In this document: positions 42,823 through 55,444 of the stretch, piece after piece
How the letters are laid out: every line of letters begins with the position of its first letter
Position numbering within the stretch: position 1 is the first letter of the stretch
Assembly: GCF_026210795.1 (NCBI RefSeq)
Contig: NC_089431.1
Span: 4,898,001 to 4,962,000, forward strand
DNA: 64,000 nt
Direction of reading: 5' to 3'
Source: Rhizophagus irregularis
Lineage: Eukaryota
The notes under the pieces: generated by a model
What the model was told of the DNA's origin: nothing
What the model saw: the letters and a program-made list of their open reading frames with translations, nothing else
Database searches by the model: none
Made by a program: the position numbers and the translations under genes

Positions 42823-43237
42823 CTTTACAGAAACTTTAAGTTTTCAAGTGATATCATTTTGATATCATTTTGATATTATTTCAATATCGATTCAATATCG
42901 ATACGATATCGAAATAAAGTATTATCACTTTGATATCATTTCGATATTAAATCAATATCGAAATGATATCGAAATGATAATAGAAATGATATCGAAACAA
43001 CATCTTTAAGTTTAATTTAAAGATGTCATTTCGATATCATTTTAATTATCATTTCGATATCATTTCGATATTGATTTAATATCGAAATGATATCAAAGTG
43101 ATAATACTTTATTTCGATATCGTATCGATATTGAATCGATATTGAAATGATATCAAAATGATATTGAAATGATACCGTTAAGATAAACTTAACGATATCG
43201 ATTCTATATTAATTAAAAATGGTAAGTTTCTGTAAAG
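42823..43237. mobile_element. 415-bp MITE C (14-bp TIR CTTTACAGAAACTT, TA TSD) with a long internal palindrome, nested in B
   Basis: TA at 42821-42822 and 43238-43239. GATATC-rich arms are reverse complements centred near 43013. Confidence 0.9.
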
Positions 43238-43979
43238 TAGAAGAAAGCAAGGAAATGGAAAAGAGGAAATTATAAAAAACTAACAAAAAAAAAGATTAAG
43301 CTTAAAAAAGCTTAATTAAACTGCAGTTTGCAGATCATTAATATTCGAAATAAACTTTAGTTTCTTTCCATACACGCTCTCTTTACACTCTAACTCGAAA
43401 CTTTTTTTAATTTTTTTCTTTTAAAGTTTTTCAAATCGAAAACTTTTTTTTTAATTTTTATTTATTTATTTTTTTTATTTTTTATCCTACTTTACGTATA
43501 TCCTTCTCCTCCTAAATATGAAAAGGAAGAAAAAAAGCAAGGCTCCACCCACCTTAAAGCCCACCTAAATACGAAAGGGAAAAATAAAGTACTCACCACC
43601 CTCTTAAATATGAAAAGGGAAAATCGTATCCACCTATCTACTTTTTATTACATTCTGGATTTTTTAATATAAGGTTCTTAGAGATCATAAGCTTTCTCAC
43701 CAGCTGGCAAAGTGTATGAATTTCTTTAATTCACAAAGAAAGCCTTGCTAAAGTCATCTTTAGTGTAGGCCTAGTAATACATTGCCTTAATTGAGCGTGG
43801 CTACGAAGTTTATGATTATCAGTTTATAATTCTCGTTACATTTAGTATATATTTCTTATATTTTAATTACACAATTTATTTTACTATATATTTAATTGTA
43901 ATGATATAATGCAAATTATCAAAGTAAGACAAAATTTAATAAATTATATAAATTATATTAATAAGAAAAAATGTTATTA

Positions 43980-44140
43980 ATAATACATTTTTACAAAAAA
44001 ATTTATTTTATAATACATTTGTACGAAAAAATTTATTTTATAATAAATACATTTTTACGAGAAAAAAATTTATTTTATAATACTTTTTATGAAAAAAATT
44101 TATTTTATAAGTACATTTTTACGAAAAATTTTATTTTATA
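43980..44140 (+). repeat. ~30-bp tandem repeat (TACATTTTTACGAAAAAATTTATTTTATAA), about 5 copies
   Basis: Directly visible in the sequence. Confidence 0.75.
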
Positions 44141-45080
44141 ATAAATTTTAAGGGTAAATTTTATTTATATTAATAAAATTATTAGAGAATTTAATAAAAA
44201 TAAAATTATATTATATTACATATATCAATATTTTCAATTTCGTCATTATTTGATGGTTAACGAATTTTTTATGTGATTTTTGGAAATTATAATAATTATA
44301 GCTTCCATTAATAAAACCGTGGATAAATTGCAGCTAAATCGCTGCCTATCGTATTACAATAAAATAAATATGGCAGAACTGCTGTGACGTTGACACCTAT
44401 TGGCCACTGATAAGTGATAATTATGTAGCTGCTCCGCTCCAGATATACGAGTTTCAGTAAAGTATTTTAATATTTTAATCTCAAAAATACCTTAAATATA
44501 TCTTGATATATTTTAAAAATTTTACAAAATAATTGCACAATTGTTTTGAAAGCCATTGTATCTAGGTCTATAAAAATATTTCAAAAAATTGGCCATTTTT
44601 AGTAAAGTACTTTCCATTACTCCATTGTTATTTTATTTTTTTTTCCTTGATCATTGTAATTTACTTATCTTTTTTATTTATTGTTATTATTTCTTTTATT
44701 TGTACATTTCAATAAAAATAAATATGGTGATTTTATTCTTTAAAATCGTAAATTTGGCTTAAATTTTAATATTTGTAAATAAAATTTCATTAAATAAGAT
44801 TATTTTGAATAAATATGTTTGCAGAAAAAATTTTTTAAAAAAATATCTTTTTAATAATAACCGATCAAAAATTAGATACATATTTGAAAAAAAAAACCCA
44901 GGCGATGATCGCCCAGGCGACATTTAGCAATCCCAATTTATATATATTAAAAGTATTTAAAATAGTAGATTTTCAAAAATGTTTTTATGCCAATTAATGA
45001 TAAAAAGAAGAAACACTGCAAACAAATTTCTGCTATATACTTTTCTTAAAGTTAACATTATTAACTTTTTAATTTATGTC

Positions 45081-45102
45081 AGCTCATGCGGAGCTTTACT
45101 AG
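45081..45102 (+). mobile_element. Possible Helitron 3' terminus
   Basis: AGCTC-ATGCG-GAGCT hairpin followed by TTA-CTAG|T. The stem is only 5 bp. Confidence 0.4.
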
Positions 45103-45233
45103 TATATAAAATTTGCTTAATTTCAGTTACTATGCTACTTAGGATTCTATCATAGTTTTTTTTAATTTTATCTTAATCTTATTAATGTAATTTAGTGTTT
45201 TTTTAATTTTATAAAAAAAGATCTCTAATGAAA

Positions 45234-48072
45234 TTAACACCCAAGTAGGATTTTAAGGCGATTTTTTACTTTAAAAGGCAAAAATTTTGGTTGATCATTT
45301 CATTTTTCACCAAAATTTTCTATTCCGTTTTTGAAAATCATCCACATGCATAGTTGCCATGGATACAAAAAAAATTGCCTTTTTCGTAAAAAACTCTCAA
45401 TTTAATCTTAAGTATTAGTACAGTACTGTACATGTACATGTACAAGTACAAGAACATGTACATGTACATGTACAGAGAAAGTGAACATTCACTATGGAAA
45501 CTTTTTGCACTGAGTTTAACTGTGCTGCTCAAAAAGAATGTTAACTTGACAGATCATGAATAAATCAACATTTTTTAATAATATGTCGATCATTTTATTA
45601 AAATATAAAAAAAATTAATTTTTTTAATTAAAAACATCCAGCTTGACGTTTTTGTGATTAAAAAATCAAAAAAATTAATTTTTTTTTAATTAAAAACGTC
45701 CAGCTTGACATTTTTGTAATTAAAAAAATCAAAAATATTAATTTTTTAATTAAAAACGTCAGGCTTGACATTTTTGTGATTAAAAAATAAAAAAAAATCA
45801 ATTTTAAAAACGTCAGGTTTAGCTTGGCATTAGTTTAGGTTGTAACATCAATATAACCTGAATGACTAATATTATTATTTTATTAAAAAAACGTTGCAAA
45901 AACGTTTTTTCTATAAGATTGTATTAGAAAAAAACGTTTCGTAACGTTTTTTTTGATATTTTATTAAAAAACGTTGCGAAAACGTTTTTCTATAAGGTTA
46001 TATTAGAAAAAACATTTCGCAACTTTTTTTTTGAAAAACGTTGCGAAAATATTTTTTCTATAAGATTGTATTAGAAAAAAACGTTTTGCACCGTTTTTTT
46101 GATATTTTATTGAAAAATGTTGCAAAAACGTTTTTTCTATAATTTTATATTAGAAAAAACGTTTTGCAACGTTTTTCTTGATATTTTATTGAAAAACGTT
46201 GCAAAAACGTTTTTTTCTATAACACTATATTAGAAAAAAACGTTTTGCATCATTTTTTTTGATATTTCATTGAAAAACATTGCAAAAACGTTTTTTCTAT
46301 AACGTTATATTAGAAAAAAAAACGTTTTGCAACGTTTTTTTTGATATTTTATTGAAAAACGTTGCAAAAACGTTTTTTCATAATGTTATATTAGAAAAAC
46401 GTTGCGAAAACGTTTTTTCATAATGTTGCATTAAAAAAAACACTTCGCCAATTGATTATTAAGCAATTTGATAATAAATAATGGGTTCATTCCTGTTTTA
46501 AATTGATTTAATAAAAAAATGTGTGAACCTGTTTGCCATTAAAAAATTTAATAATAAATAACAGGTTTGCACAGTTTTTAATTGATTTAATAATTAAATG
46601 GTGCGAACCTGTTTTTTATTATCTAATCACTTAACAAGAAATGGGTCACGCCATTTCTTTATTAAACCATTGTGCATAGTACCCATTATTTGTTATCAAA
46701 TTACTAATCAAAAATAATGGATTCTCACCATATTTTTTATCAAATTGCTAATAATTTAATATGTAATAATGTGAACTCTTAAAACTTCAAAAATTATTAA
46801 AATTAATTTTAACCCTCACAATTTAAGGGATAGTTAGTAAATAATTTATATTAGAAAAAAACGTTTTACAACGTTTTTTTTGTCATTCTATTGAAAAACG
46901 TTGCAAAAACGTTTTTTCTATAACATCTATATTAGAAAAAAACGTTTTGCAACGTTTTTTCTATTACATTATATTAGAAAAAAACGTTTTGCAACGTTTT
47001 TTCTATTACATTATATTAGAAAAAAACGTTTTGCAACGTTTTTTTTGATATTTTATTGAAAAACGTTGCAAAAACGTTTTTTCTATAACATTATATTAGA
47101 AAAAACGTTTTGCACCGTTTTTTTTTGATATTTTACTGAAAAACGTTGCGAAAACGTTTTTTCTATAATTTTATATTAGAAAAAAACGTTTTGCAACGTT
47201 TTTTTGTCATTCTATTGAAAAACGTTGCAAAAACGTTTTTTCTATAATTTTATATTAGAAAAAACGTTTTGCAACGTTTTTCTTGATATTTTATTGAAAA
47301 ACGTTGCAAAAACGTTTTTTTCTATAACATTATATTAGAAAAAAACGTTTTGCAACGTTTTTTTTGATATTTCATTGAAAAACGTTGCAAAAACGTTTTT
47401 TCTATAACGTTATATTAGAAAAAAAACGTTTTGCAACGTTTTTTTTTGATATTTTATTGAAAAACGTTGCAAAAACGTTTTTTCTATAACGTTATATTAG
47501 AAAAAAAAACGTTTTGCAACGTTTTTTTGATATTTTATTGAAAAACGTTGCAAAAACGTTTTTTCATAATGTTATATTAGAAAAACGTTGCGAAAACGTT
47601 TTTTCATAATGTTGCATTAAAAAAAACACTTCGCCAATTTGTTATTAAGCAATTTGATAATAAATAATGGGTTCATTCCTGTTTTAAATTGATTTAATAA
47701 AAAAATGTGTGAACCTGTTTGCCATTAAAAAATTTAATAATAAATAACAGGTTTGCACAGTTTTTAATTGATTTAATAATTAAATGGTGCGAACCTGTTT
47801 TTTATTATCTAATCACTTAACAAGAAATGGGTCATGCCATTTCTTTATTAAACCATTGTGCATACCCATTATTTGTTATCAAATTACTAATCAAAAATAA
47901 TGGATTCTCACCATATTTATTATCGAATTGCTAATAATTTAATATGTAATAATGTGAACTCTTAAAACTTCAAAGATTATTAAAATTAATTTTAACCCTC
48001 ACAATTTAAGGGATAGTTAGTAAATAAATTATAATGCTTAAAAGCTCACTAACTTGTACTTAATTACCCTAG
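45234..48072. mobile_element. 2.84-kb TSD-less insertion (TTAACACCC...CCCTAG) interrupting the right TIR; filled with palindromic AACGTT arrays
   Basis: Joining 45233 to 48073 restores ATCTCTAATGAAATTCTTTA, the exact reverse complement of left-arm 39311-39330. Confidence 0.8.
45885..48027 (+). repeat. Two tandem blocks, each an AAAACGTTGCAAAAACGTTTT array plus a ~400-bp unique segment (46441-46846 and 47627-48027)
   Basis: CACTTCGCCAAT...GGATAGTTAGTAAATAA is present twice. The array units alternate orientation. Confidence 0.9.
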
Positions 48073-50328
48073 TTCTTTATTAAAAAAAAAAAATTTCAAG
48101 CCAAAATTTTCGATACCCTTATTAAAAAAAAAACTATTTTCAATAAAATTTTCTAGAGACTTCTAACAAAATTCTCCATCAAAAAAATAAAAAAACTTTT
48201 CAACCAACAATTCTCTAATGAAATTCTCAATCAAAAAAAAATATCCCTGATTAAGAAAAATTTCTAACGAAAATCTTCCATCAAAAAATACATTTTCCCT
48301 ATTAAAAAAAAAATTCTTTACCGAAATTTTCTATCAAAAAAAAAAATCTCCTGTTAAAAAAATTATTAAAGAAATGATCTATCAAAAAAAAAATCTCTCC
48401 TGTTAAAAAAATTATTAACGAAATGATCTATCAAAAAAAAAAAATCTTACCTATTAAAAAAAAAATTCTATGATGAAATTTCTATCAAAAAAAAAAAAAA
48501 AATTCTCTAATAAAATTCTCCATCAAAAAATACTTTTCACTTATTAAAAAAAATTCCCAAAAGAATTCTTTATCAAGGAAAACTCCCTCCTATTAAAAAA
48601 AAATTCTTAACGAAATTCTCTATCAAAAAAAATCTCACTTGTTAAAAAAATTTTCTAGTAACGAAATTATCTATCAAAAAAAAAATCTTCCCTATTAAAA
48701 AAATTCTTCAAATAATTTTCTACAAAAAAAAAAATTCTCAATTAATTCTCTATCAAAAAAAAAAAATCTCTCCTGTTAAAAAAAAAATTGTTCCAACAAA
48801 TTAAGTATATGTCAAAAAAAAATCTTATTAAAAAAAATTCTCCGAAATTATCATAAAAGAAAAAAACTCAGAAATGTCTCTATCAATGAAAAAAATTTTC
48901 TAACGAAATTTTTTATCAAAAAAAATCTTATTAAAAAATTCCCAAAGAAGTTCTACCAAACAAAGCCTTTGCCTATATTAAAAATAAAAATTCTCTACAA
49001 AATTTGTTTATAAAAAAAAGCCAATTCAAAAAAAAAATTTTTTTTAAAACTACGCTAAACTTAAAAACATGTGACCGACAATATATCAACCCTGTGCTGA
49101 CAAAGAAACTAATTTTTGACAAAGATAAAATTATCAAACATAGTTGGATTAAATCAAACACAGTTGGACAAAAACATCAAGCACAGACGGACAAAAATAT
49201 CAAGCACAGACGGATAAAAACATAAAGCACGGACGGATAAAAATGTCAAGCATGGTCAGATAAAACCATCAAGCACGTACAGATAAAACCATCAAGCACG
49301 TACAGATAAATATCAAGCACGTACAGATAAAACCATCAAGCACGTACAGATAAATATCAAGCACGTACAGATAAAACATCAAACACGTACAGATAAAACA
49401 TCAAGCACGTACAGATAAACATCAAGCATGAACAGATAAAAATATCAAGCACGTGATAGATAAACATCAAGCATGAACAGATAAAAATATCAAACACGTA
49501 CAGATAAATATCAAGCACGGACAGATGAATATCAAGCATGAACAGGTAAAATATCAGGCACGGTGTAACATTTTGTCAATCCATGCTTGATTTTTCACCC
49601 GCCCAATGCCTGATAGTTTAGTCCAGCTCGGCTTGCCATAGTATTTATCTAAATAAATAGACGGTTCATTGAGATTCTTGAGATTCTTTTATGTTCAAAA
49701 TGTTAAATATATTAAACATATTTTATAAAGTTTACATATGTAATATAATTAATTTGTTTAATATAATTAATTTATATGATGAGTTGCATATTTTTATTAT
49801 TATAAAGAACTGCCTGTAGTCTCCAAGAGAATTTTCCTTCAATAAAATTTTGGATCGTCTTAATTAAATATACACTTCACTTTATTTTTGTTGAAGTATT
49901 TATTTGCGTCTAATTGTACTAATAGAATTGCTTATAACTGATTTAATTTACTGATTTGTGTCATATTTTAAATTTTGTATAATATCTTTATTTAAATTAT
50001 CATCATCTATATATAAACTTTATTTTTATATACTGCTTAATTTTTAAGCATCTGAAAACAGATATTAACAATATTTTTATTGGTGTAGTAACTTTTATAA
50101 AATACTATAGAAAACATTTTTTCTTATATTTTTATTGGAAAAAAATTTTTCTGAAGGCATTTTCTTGTTGTTTTGATACATAGTACTATGAAACTATTTA
50201 TTATAAATTATATATGAAAAATGATTTATTCACACTATTAAACAAAATAAACAATATATTATGTAAATTATAATACATTATTTTCTTTCTTTTATTAAAA
50301 TTTATAAAAATGCAATATAATTAATACT

Positions 50329-50630
50329 ATTGCAAAAATGTAAATAACTTCACAAGTATTCATTAAATCTTGGCAAATATTGAGTTGCAGGTAGTTTCAG
50401 ACCTACTGAACAACTTTTTCTAAACACTCAGAATTAATTTACTTTGACCAAAGTACTCAAATTATGCTGTGAAATTAAAAAAGTGCGCCATTGCAAAAAT
50501 CCATAACTCCACAAATATCCACCAAAACTTAGTAGAAATCTGTATGCAAACAGTTTCAAATTTACTAACCAACTTTATATAGACGTCCGGAGGCAATTTA
50601 TTCTGATTAAAGTGCTGAAATTACGCTCTA
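50329..50630 (+). repeat. Diverged ~160-bp direct duplication, possibly transposon subterminal repeats
   Basis: ATTGCAAAAAT..ATAACT.CACAA.TAT..AGTTTCA..CAACTTT..AAAGT.CT.AAATTA.GCT occurs twice, near 50329 and 50491. Confidence 0.55.
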
Positions 50631-51431
50631 AAGTCTCTAGTCTATACACGAAATTTTCTTTTAAAAAATAATACTATTAAAATAGAGAATAAAAAATATA
50701 TATCTTAATTACTAAAGTCAATACTTTATAAAACTCATTTATTATTATAAATGCAGTAATGTAGTTTGTGTAAGTTATAAAATTTTAACAAGCAAAAAAC
50801 ACAAAACATCTAAATTTGTTGTGTAACATAAGCCACAGAGATCATGTGCCCAAGCTTTTGAAATTTTGGACATGTCACATGACCGGTAAAAAAAATGCCA
50901 ATCATATGTATTATAAAAATAAAATTTGACAATATTTACAATTATCTTTGCACTTTAAAGATTTTTACTACGCAGCAATAAGGTTCGATGATTGACACAT
51001 CCGATGTATAAATTTGTTTATGCAGTGGTTGTGATCATATAATACATTTTGCATATTATTGCCATATTTATTCATACTAATAAAGACGTTTAATAATAAT
51101 AATAATAAAATGAAAAAAAAAGATATTTACTTTATCTTTCCCTATTAGAGAATATTTTAATTAGTAATGGGTCAATGTATTGGTAAAGGTAAAGTATATA
51201 GCATAAATATATAATATAAATTAGAATTATTCGAATTTTTTAAACAAACTTACAATATTATAAATATAATAAAACTAGTTTTGTATAATATCAAGAAAGT
51301 ATAATATGCAAAACAAAGATGAAATATTAAGATTTTTATTTATTAAAAAATTTAATTGTAAATAATCAAATATAATTAAACCAAATTTCAATATAACAAA
51401 AGTTAATATAAATAATATATAATTACAAACT

Positions 51432-52312
51432 ATCAATCCATGAAGCAAAAAAAGAAACACGATCTGGTTCAACTAAGTTTGAATCAAGCTTACTTTTCTT
51501 ACTTGAAGATCGTATATTAGTTTTATGTTTCTTATTAGGAACAATATGAAATCCCAAAAGCATGAATTAAGTCATGTGGTAAGATAGTATCTTTATAACA
51601 GTAAACTTTGTAAAAGAATTCTGTTGGTTCGATATATTAGGATCGGAACTAATGGAATAAATCTGTGCAATGACTTTTCAATTTTGTAATAACATCTTTG
51701 TTCCATTTTGTTGGATTATTCATTAACATTCTGTTGAGTGAACACCATTTCAATAAACTATCCAAATTTCAATTTCATCCATATATAAATCGTCCCGTTT
51801 CAACAATAATTCTAATAAAGGGGTTCTTAAAAAAATTTGTAAACAACCTAAAAATTATTCAATTCTGATAATTTTATTAATTTAAGACAAAAATTCCATA
51901 AACCTGTAAAGGTTTCATGTTGATTAACAGTTTCAAGAATTTCAATTGGATTTTGATTTAAGAATTCAGTTTGATGTTCTATCAAATATTCTTGAATATA
52001 AGTAATCATTGATTGAATATTAAGTTCATCCACCGCTATCAACAAGTTAACACATCAGAACTTGTAAATTCTTCAATTCAATATTTCCACAATAAATGAA
52101 TATATAAATATAAATTAACACATTAATTATTAATAATCTATTTAAAAACTTTTTTTTTTTTAATAAAAAAACAAGTAATAAATGTATTACCTAAGAATAA
52201 TATTAGATAAATGTGGTCGAATATTTTGTTTTCTTAAAATAAATTTCCCAAGCTGCTTCTGCATATACAATAGCATCATAACCTATTTCTGTTTCAAAAA
52301 TTTTGAAGACAT
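51432..52312 (-). pseudogene. Inverted, decayed and 3'-truncated paralog of the 34922-36423 BTB-TLDc gene; retains its intron
   Basis: MSSK..FETEIGYDAIVYA, LIAVDELNIQSMITYIQEYLIEHQTE, LLLKRDDLYMDEIEIW and LDSNLVEP..FASWID. Deletions and frameshifts are present and the TLDc domain is absent. Confidence 0.9.
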
Positions 52313-55039
52313 TTTCTTTTAAAAAGAAAAAATAAATATATAACGATAACGAGATAACGGGGGCGTGAATAACTTGCTCGTAATGTAGATCGACTAGCAC
52401 TTATTTGTTTGGTATTATTGTAACTTAATTCTTGGTTTTTGAATTAGAATCAATTTCTCATTGAAAAATCCGTAATGAGATATGAATTTTCAATTTAATT
52501 AAAATTATAACGGCGGAAAACTTTATACAAATTAAATATTAGTATTGTTGTCTTGTCCATATTACAGGTTATACTCAGGTTTAACTGAAGAGCATATGAA
52601 AAACTATTTCTTGTATATAAAATCTGATATATTAATATTAAATAATTTTCAAGAATAATTTTTTTCGAAAAATTTCAAAAAAATTTGCATTTTAATGTCT
52701 TTAATTCTAAGATACTAGGAAAAATAAATTTTTATAGTAGTAGCATTAGTTTATACTTAGATCTAAAAAGGTTTGGATTCGCTTATTTGAAGTGACTTTT
52801 ACAATGAAAAAAAATTTCATTCAAGTTTGAAAAATGCATAATTAATTGTACAAAATGATGCTATTTTATATATTTTATTATAACCTTATGTAGAAATTTT
52901 GGTTGAATAATATATCAAATTATTTAAAATGGATTAAATGGATTGGTATTACAGAAATGCTGACTAATTCAAATTAATGTTAAGAAAATATACATAAGAT
53001 ACTTATTAAGCCAAATATATATTAGATATAAATATTCCATTTCTTTTTATTTAATTGGATTTTTTTTAGGGGATTTTTATTAATCGGAATTTATTAACCC
53101 AAAAAATATTGTTTATTCTATAGTCAATGAATATTAATAAATTCGCATTAAAATTTTTTGATATTAACGAATTTTTTTTCTAGGTAGATTGTTTTCAATT
53201 GTATAAATACATAACAATATTAATAATTTTGTAATTAAGTCTATAATAAATTTTAAATGTTTTGATAAATCTATATAACTAAAAAAATTTATCTGACGTT
53301 TGGCCACATAAATAATTTGAATTGTGTAACTTAAAATCCCATGCAACATAATTAAAACCCATGACATGCCTCCACCTGATCTATTCAACTATTCATGGTC
53401 AACATTCCAATCAACTAATCCAATTTCAGTTAATGGTTAATCGGAATTTTTTTTTTTGATTATTAATTCAAATATTATTAGCTTCTTTTTTTCAGAAATT
53501 TACCTTTTTTTAAACCGATTTCTTTCTTTATCCTTTTTCTTTCCCCAAATTTTTTTTTGATTTTTTTTTCTTTTTCTTTCAATTTTTATTATTATTAAAT
53601 AAAGAAATAAAATATTATATTAAATATATTTACAAAATTATTAACATGTAAGAAAATTGACCGGCGTTGATAGAAAATAGTTTGATTTTCAAATTCAAAA
53701 AAAGAAATTAATATTTTTTACAATATTTTATAATTAATTGAAAAAAATTGTTAATTTAATAATGGATTATTGTAACCAAATTCATATCCAAAATTCTCTA
53801 AATAATCACCAGATTTTTGAATAAAGATTTTAATTTAAATGATTTAGTTATTATTATTCTTTTGATACTCATTTTACTCGATAAGTTATTAATTTAAGTG
53901 AAATGAACAAGATTCTAATACATCTAATTGTTTCCTAAAGTTTAAGATTGTCGTAATATAAAATAATAAGAAATAATTATAATTAATTAATAAAAATATT
54001 TGTAATATTTTCATAATATCAAAGTTTTTGAGAAAATACTTTTAAAAAATTAATCAATTTTTATTGATAATTATTTTTTCACAATTCCTTAATTAATCCT
54101 AATTTCATTCTACACTCAAACGTCAAATCATTAATATAAATATCTACATTATATTATTCTAATATTATAAATATAACTTAATACATATTATTTTATTATT
54201 TTTTTGATTAACTAATTAATACCTATATTAATTTTATAATTATAAACAAAAAACTACTGTAACCATCTTTAATTTACTTAGTATTACATTCTATTACTAA
54301 ATTTTTCTATTTGACACACCACAATCATCTATCCAATATTGACCGCAGCAGAAGTGTCTATTAGCAGACAACACAGCAAATTTGAGAATTTACAATGATT
54401 ACATATCCTGATCTGCAATAAATGACGTTATTGTCAAACATGACCAAAATGAGTTACTTTAATTAATATTTTTACGTTGTACAATGCAAGAGGTCGCATC
54501 ATACAATAAAAAATCAGAATCTTCTTACTTTTAATTAGTTTTGCCAAGAAATAAATTAACTCGTTTTGACGCATTAAAATATGCGTGGTTTCATACACAA
54601 TGATGTACGTAATATGCTGATATAACATTAATATAATGTTTAATTACTAATTTGGGCATTTGGCGTTTACATTCTTTATATTCACTTCTCTTTATTTAAT
54701 TGATACATGTAACTGGATTTAAACAAAAGTATTGGTTCAAATAATGGCAATTTAAAAATTAATTAGATCAATTATTGAAGGCAATTTTATTAAGTTTAAT
54801 TAATTTTAAAACATAAATGGAAAGAAAAATACTGATAAAAAATGCTGAAAGTCTATTTTTTACATAAAATTTTAATGTTCAGTAATTGCGTGTGATTGCA
54901 ATCGGTATGGTGCCTATCACTATGTATGATTATTCTACTAAACCTTTCCAGATTCCAATAGATCTTTCCAAAAAAAAAAACGCCACTATTATTATTAAGC
55001 ATTAAAAAAAAAATCAATTTTGTTAAAATAATGTAAGGT

Positions 55040-55444
55040 TAGAGTTTATATCCGTTATCCGTTAAAAAACGGATATCCGCGGATATTCGAATATCCGGAT
55101 TTAACGGATACAGAATTCCGGATATCCGGATAATCCGACGGATATCCGGATATTATTCGTTAAGAGTAACTTGGACAAATTTTATAATGCCGGCCAGAAT
55201 TACGCTAAAATATTTCCTTTTTTAGACATATATGCTACACAACCTCTTAAAAAGGAAAATTTTGATTTTTAGAAAAATAATTTTTTGTGGAACGGCTATC
55301 GCTAAATATGGAAATGATCATCTTAATAAGGCGTAATCCTGGTCGGAATTATAAATTTGGCCTGAATTAGTCTTCAATATTAAAATATCCGGGTAATATC
55401 CGGATAAATCAGCTGGATATCCGGATAAACGGATATAAACTCTA
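55040..55444. mobile_element. 405-bp hAT-type MITE with 8-bp TSD TGTAAGGT
   Basis: TIRs TAGAGTTTATATCCGTT and AACGGATATAAACTCTA. TGTAAGGT lies at 55032-55039 and 55445-55452. Subterminal (C)GGATATCCG repeats are present. Confidence 0.92.

Larger units (their letters stand above)
40206..44462. mobile_element. TA-flanked TIR element B (13-bp TIR CTTTACAGAAACT, 1 mismatch), nested in A
   Basis: TA-CTTTACAGAAACT at 40204-40218 and AGTTTCAGTAAAG-TA at 44450-44464. Confidence 0.7.
39986..44607. mobile_element. TA-flanked TIR element A (~30-bp TIR CTTTACTAAAAATGGCCAATTTTTTGAAAT); ~360 bp once its nested insert is removed
   Basis: TIR matches at both ends, with TA at 39984-39985 and 44608-44609. 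The empty site TTCTATTACTTTCCATTACTCC is seen in the related copy near 61347-61368. Confidence 0.88.
37800..49640. mobile_element. 11.8-kb non-autonomous DNA transposon / foldback element with ~1.55-kb TIRs and 6-bp TSD GTATTT
   Basis: Begins TATGGCAAGCCGAG at 37800 and ends CTCGGCTTGCCATA at 49640. GTATTT lies at 37794-37799 and 49641-49646. The arms 37800-39350 and 48073-49640 (plus 45204-45233) are reverse complements. Confidence 0.9.
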
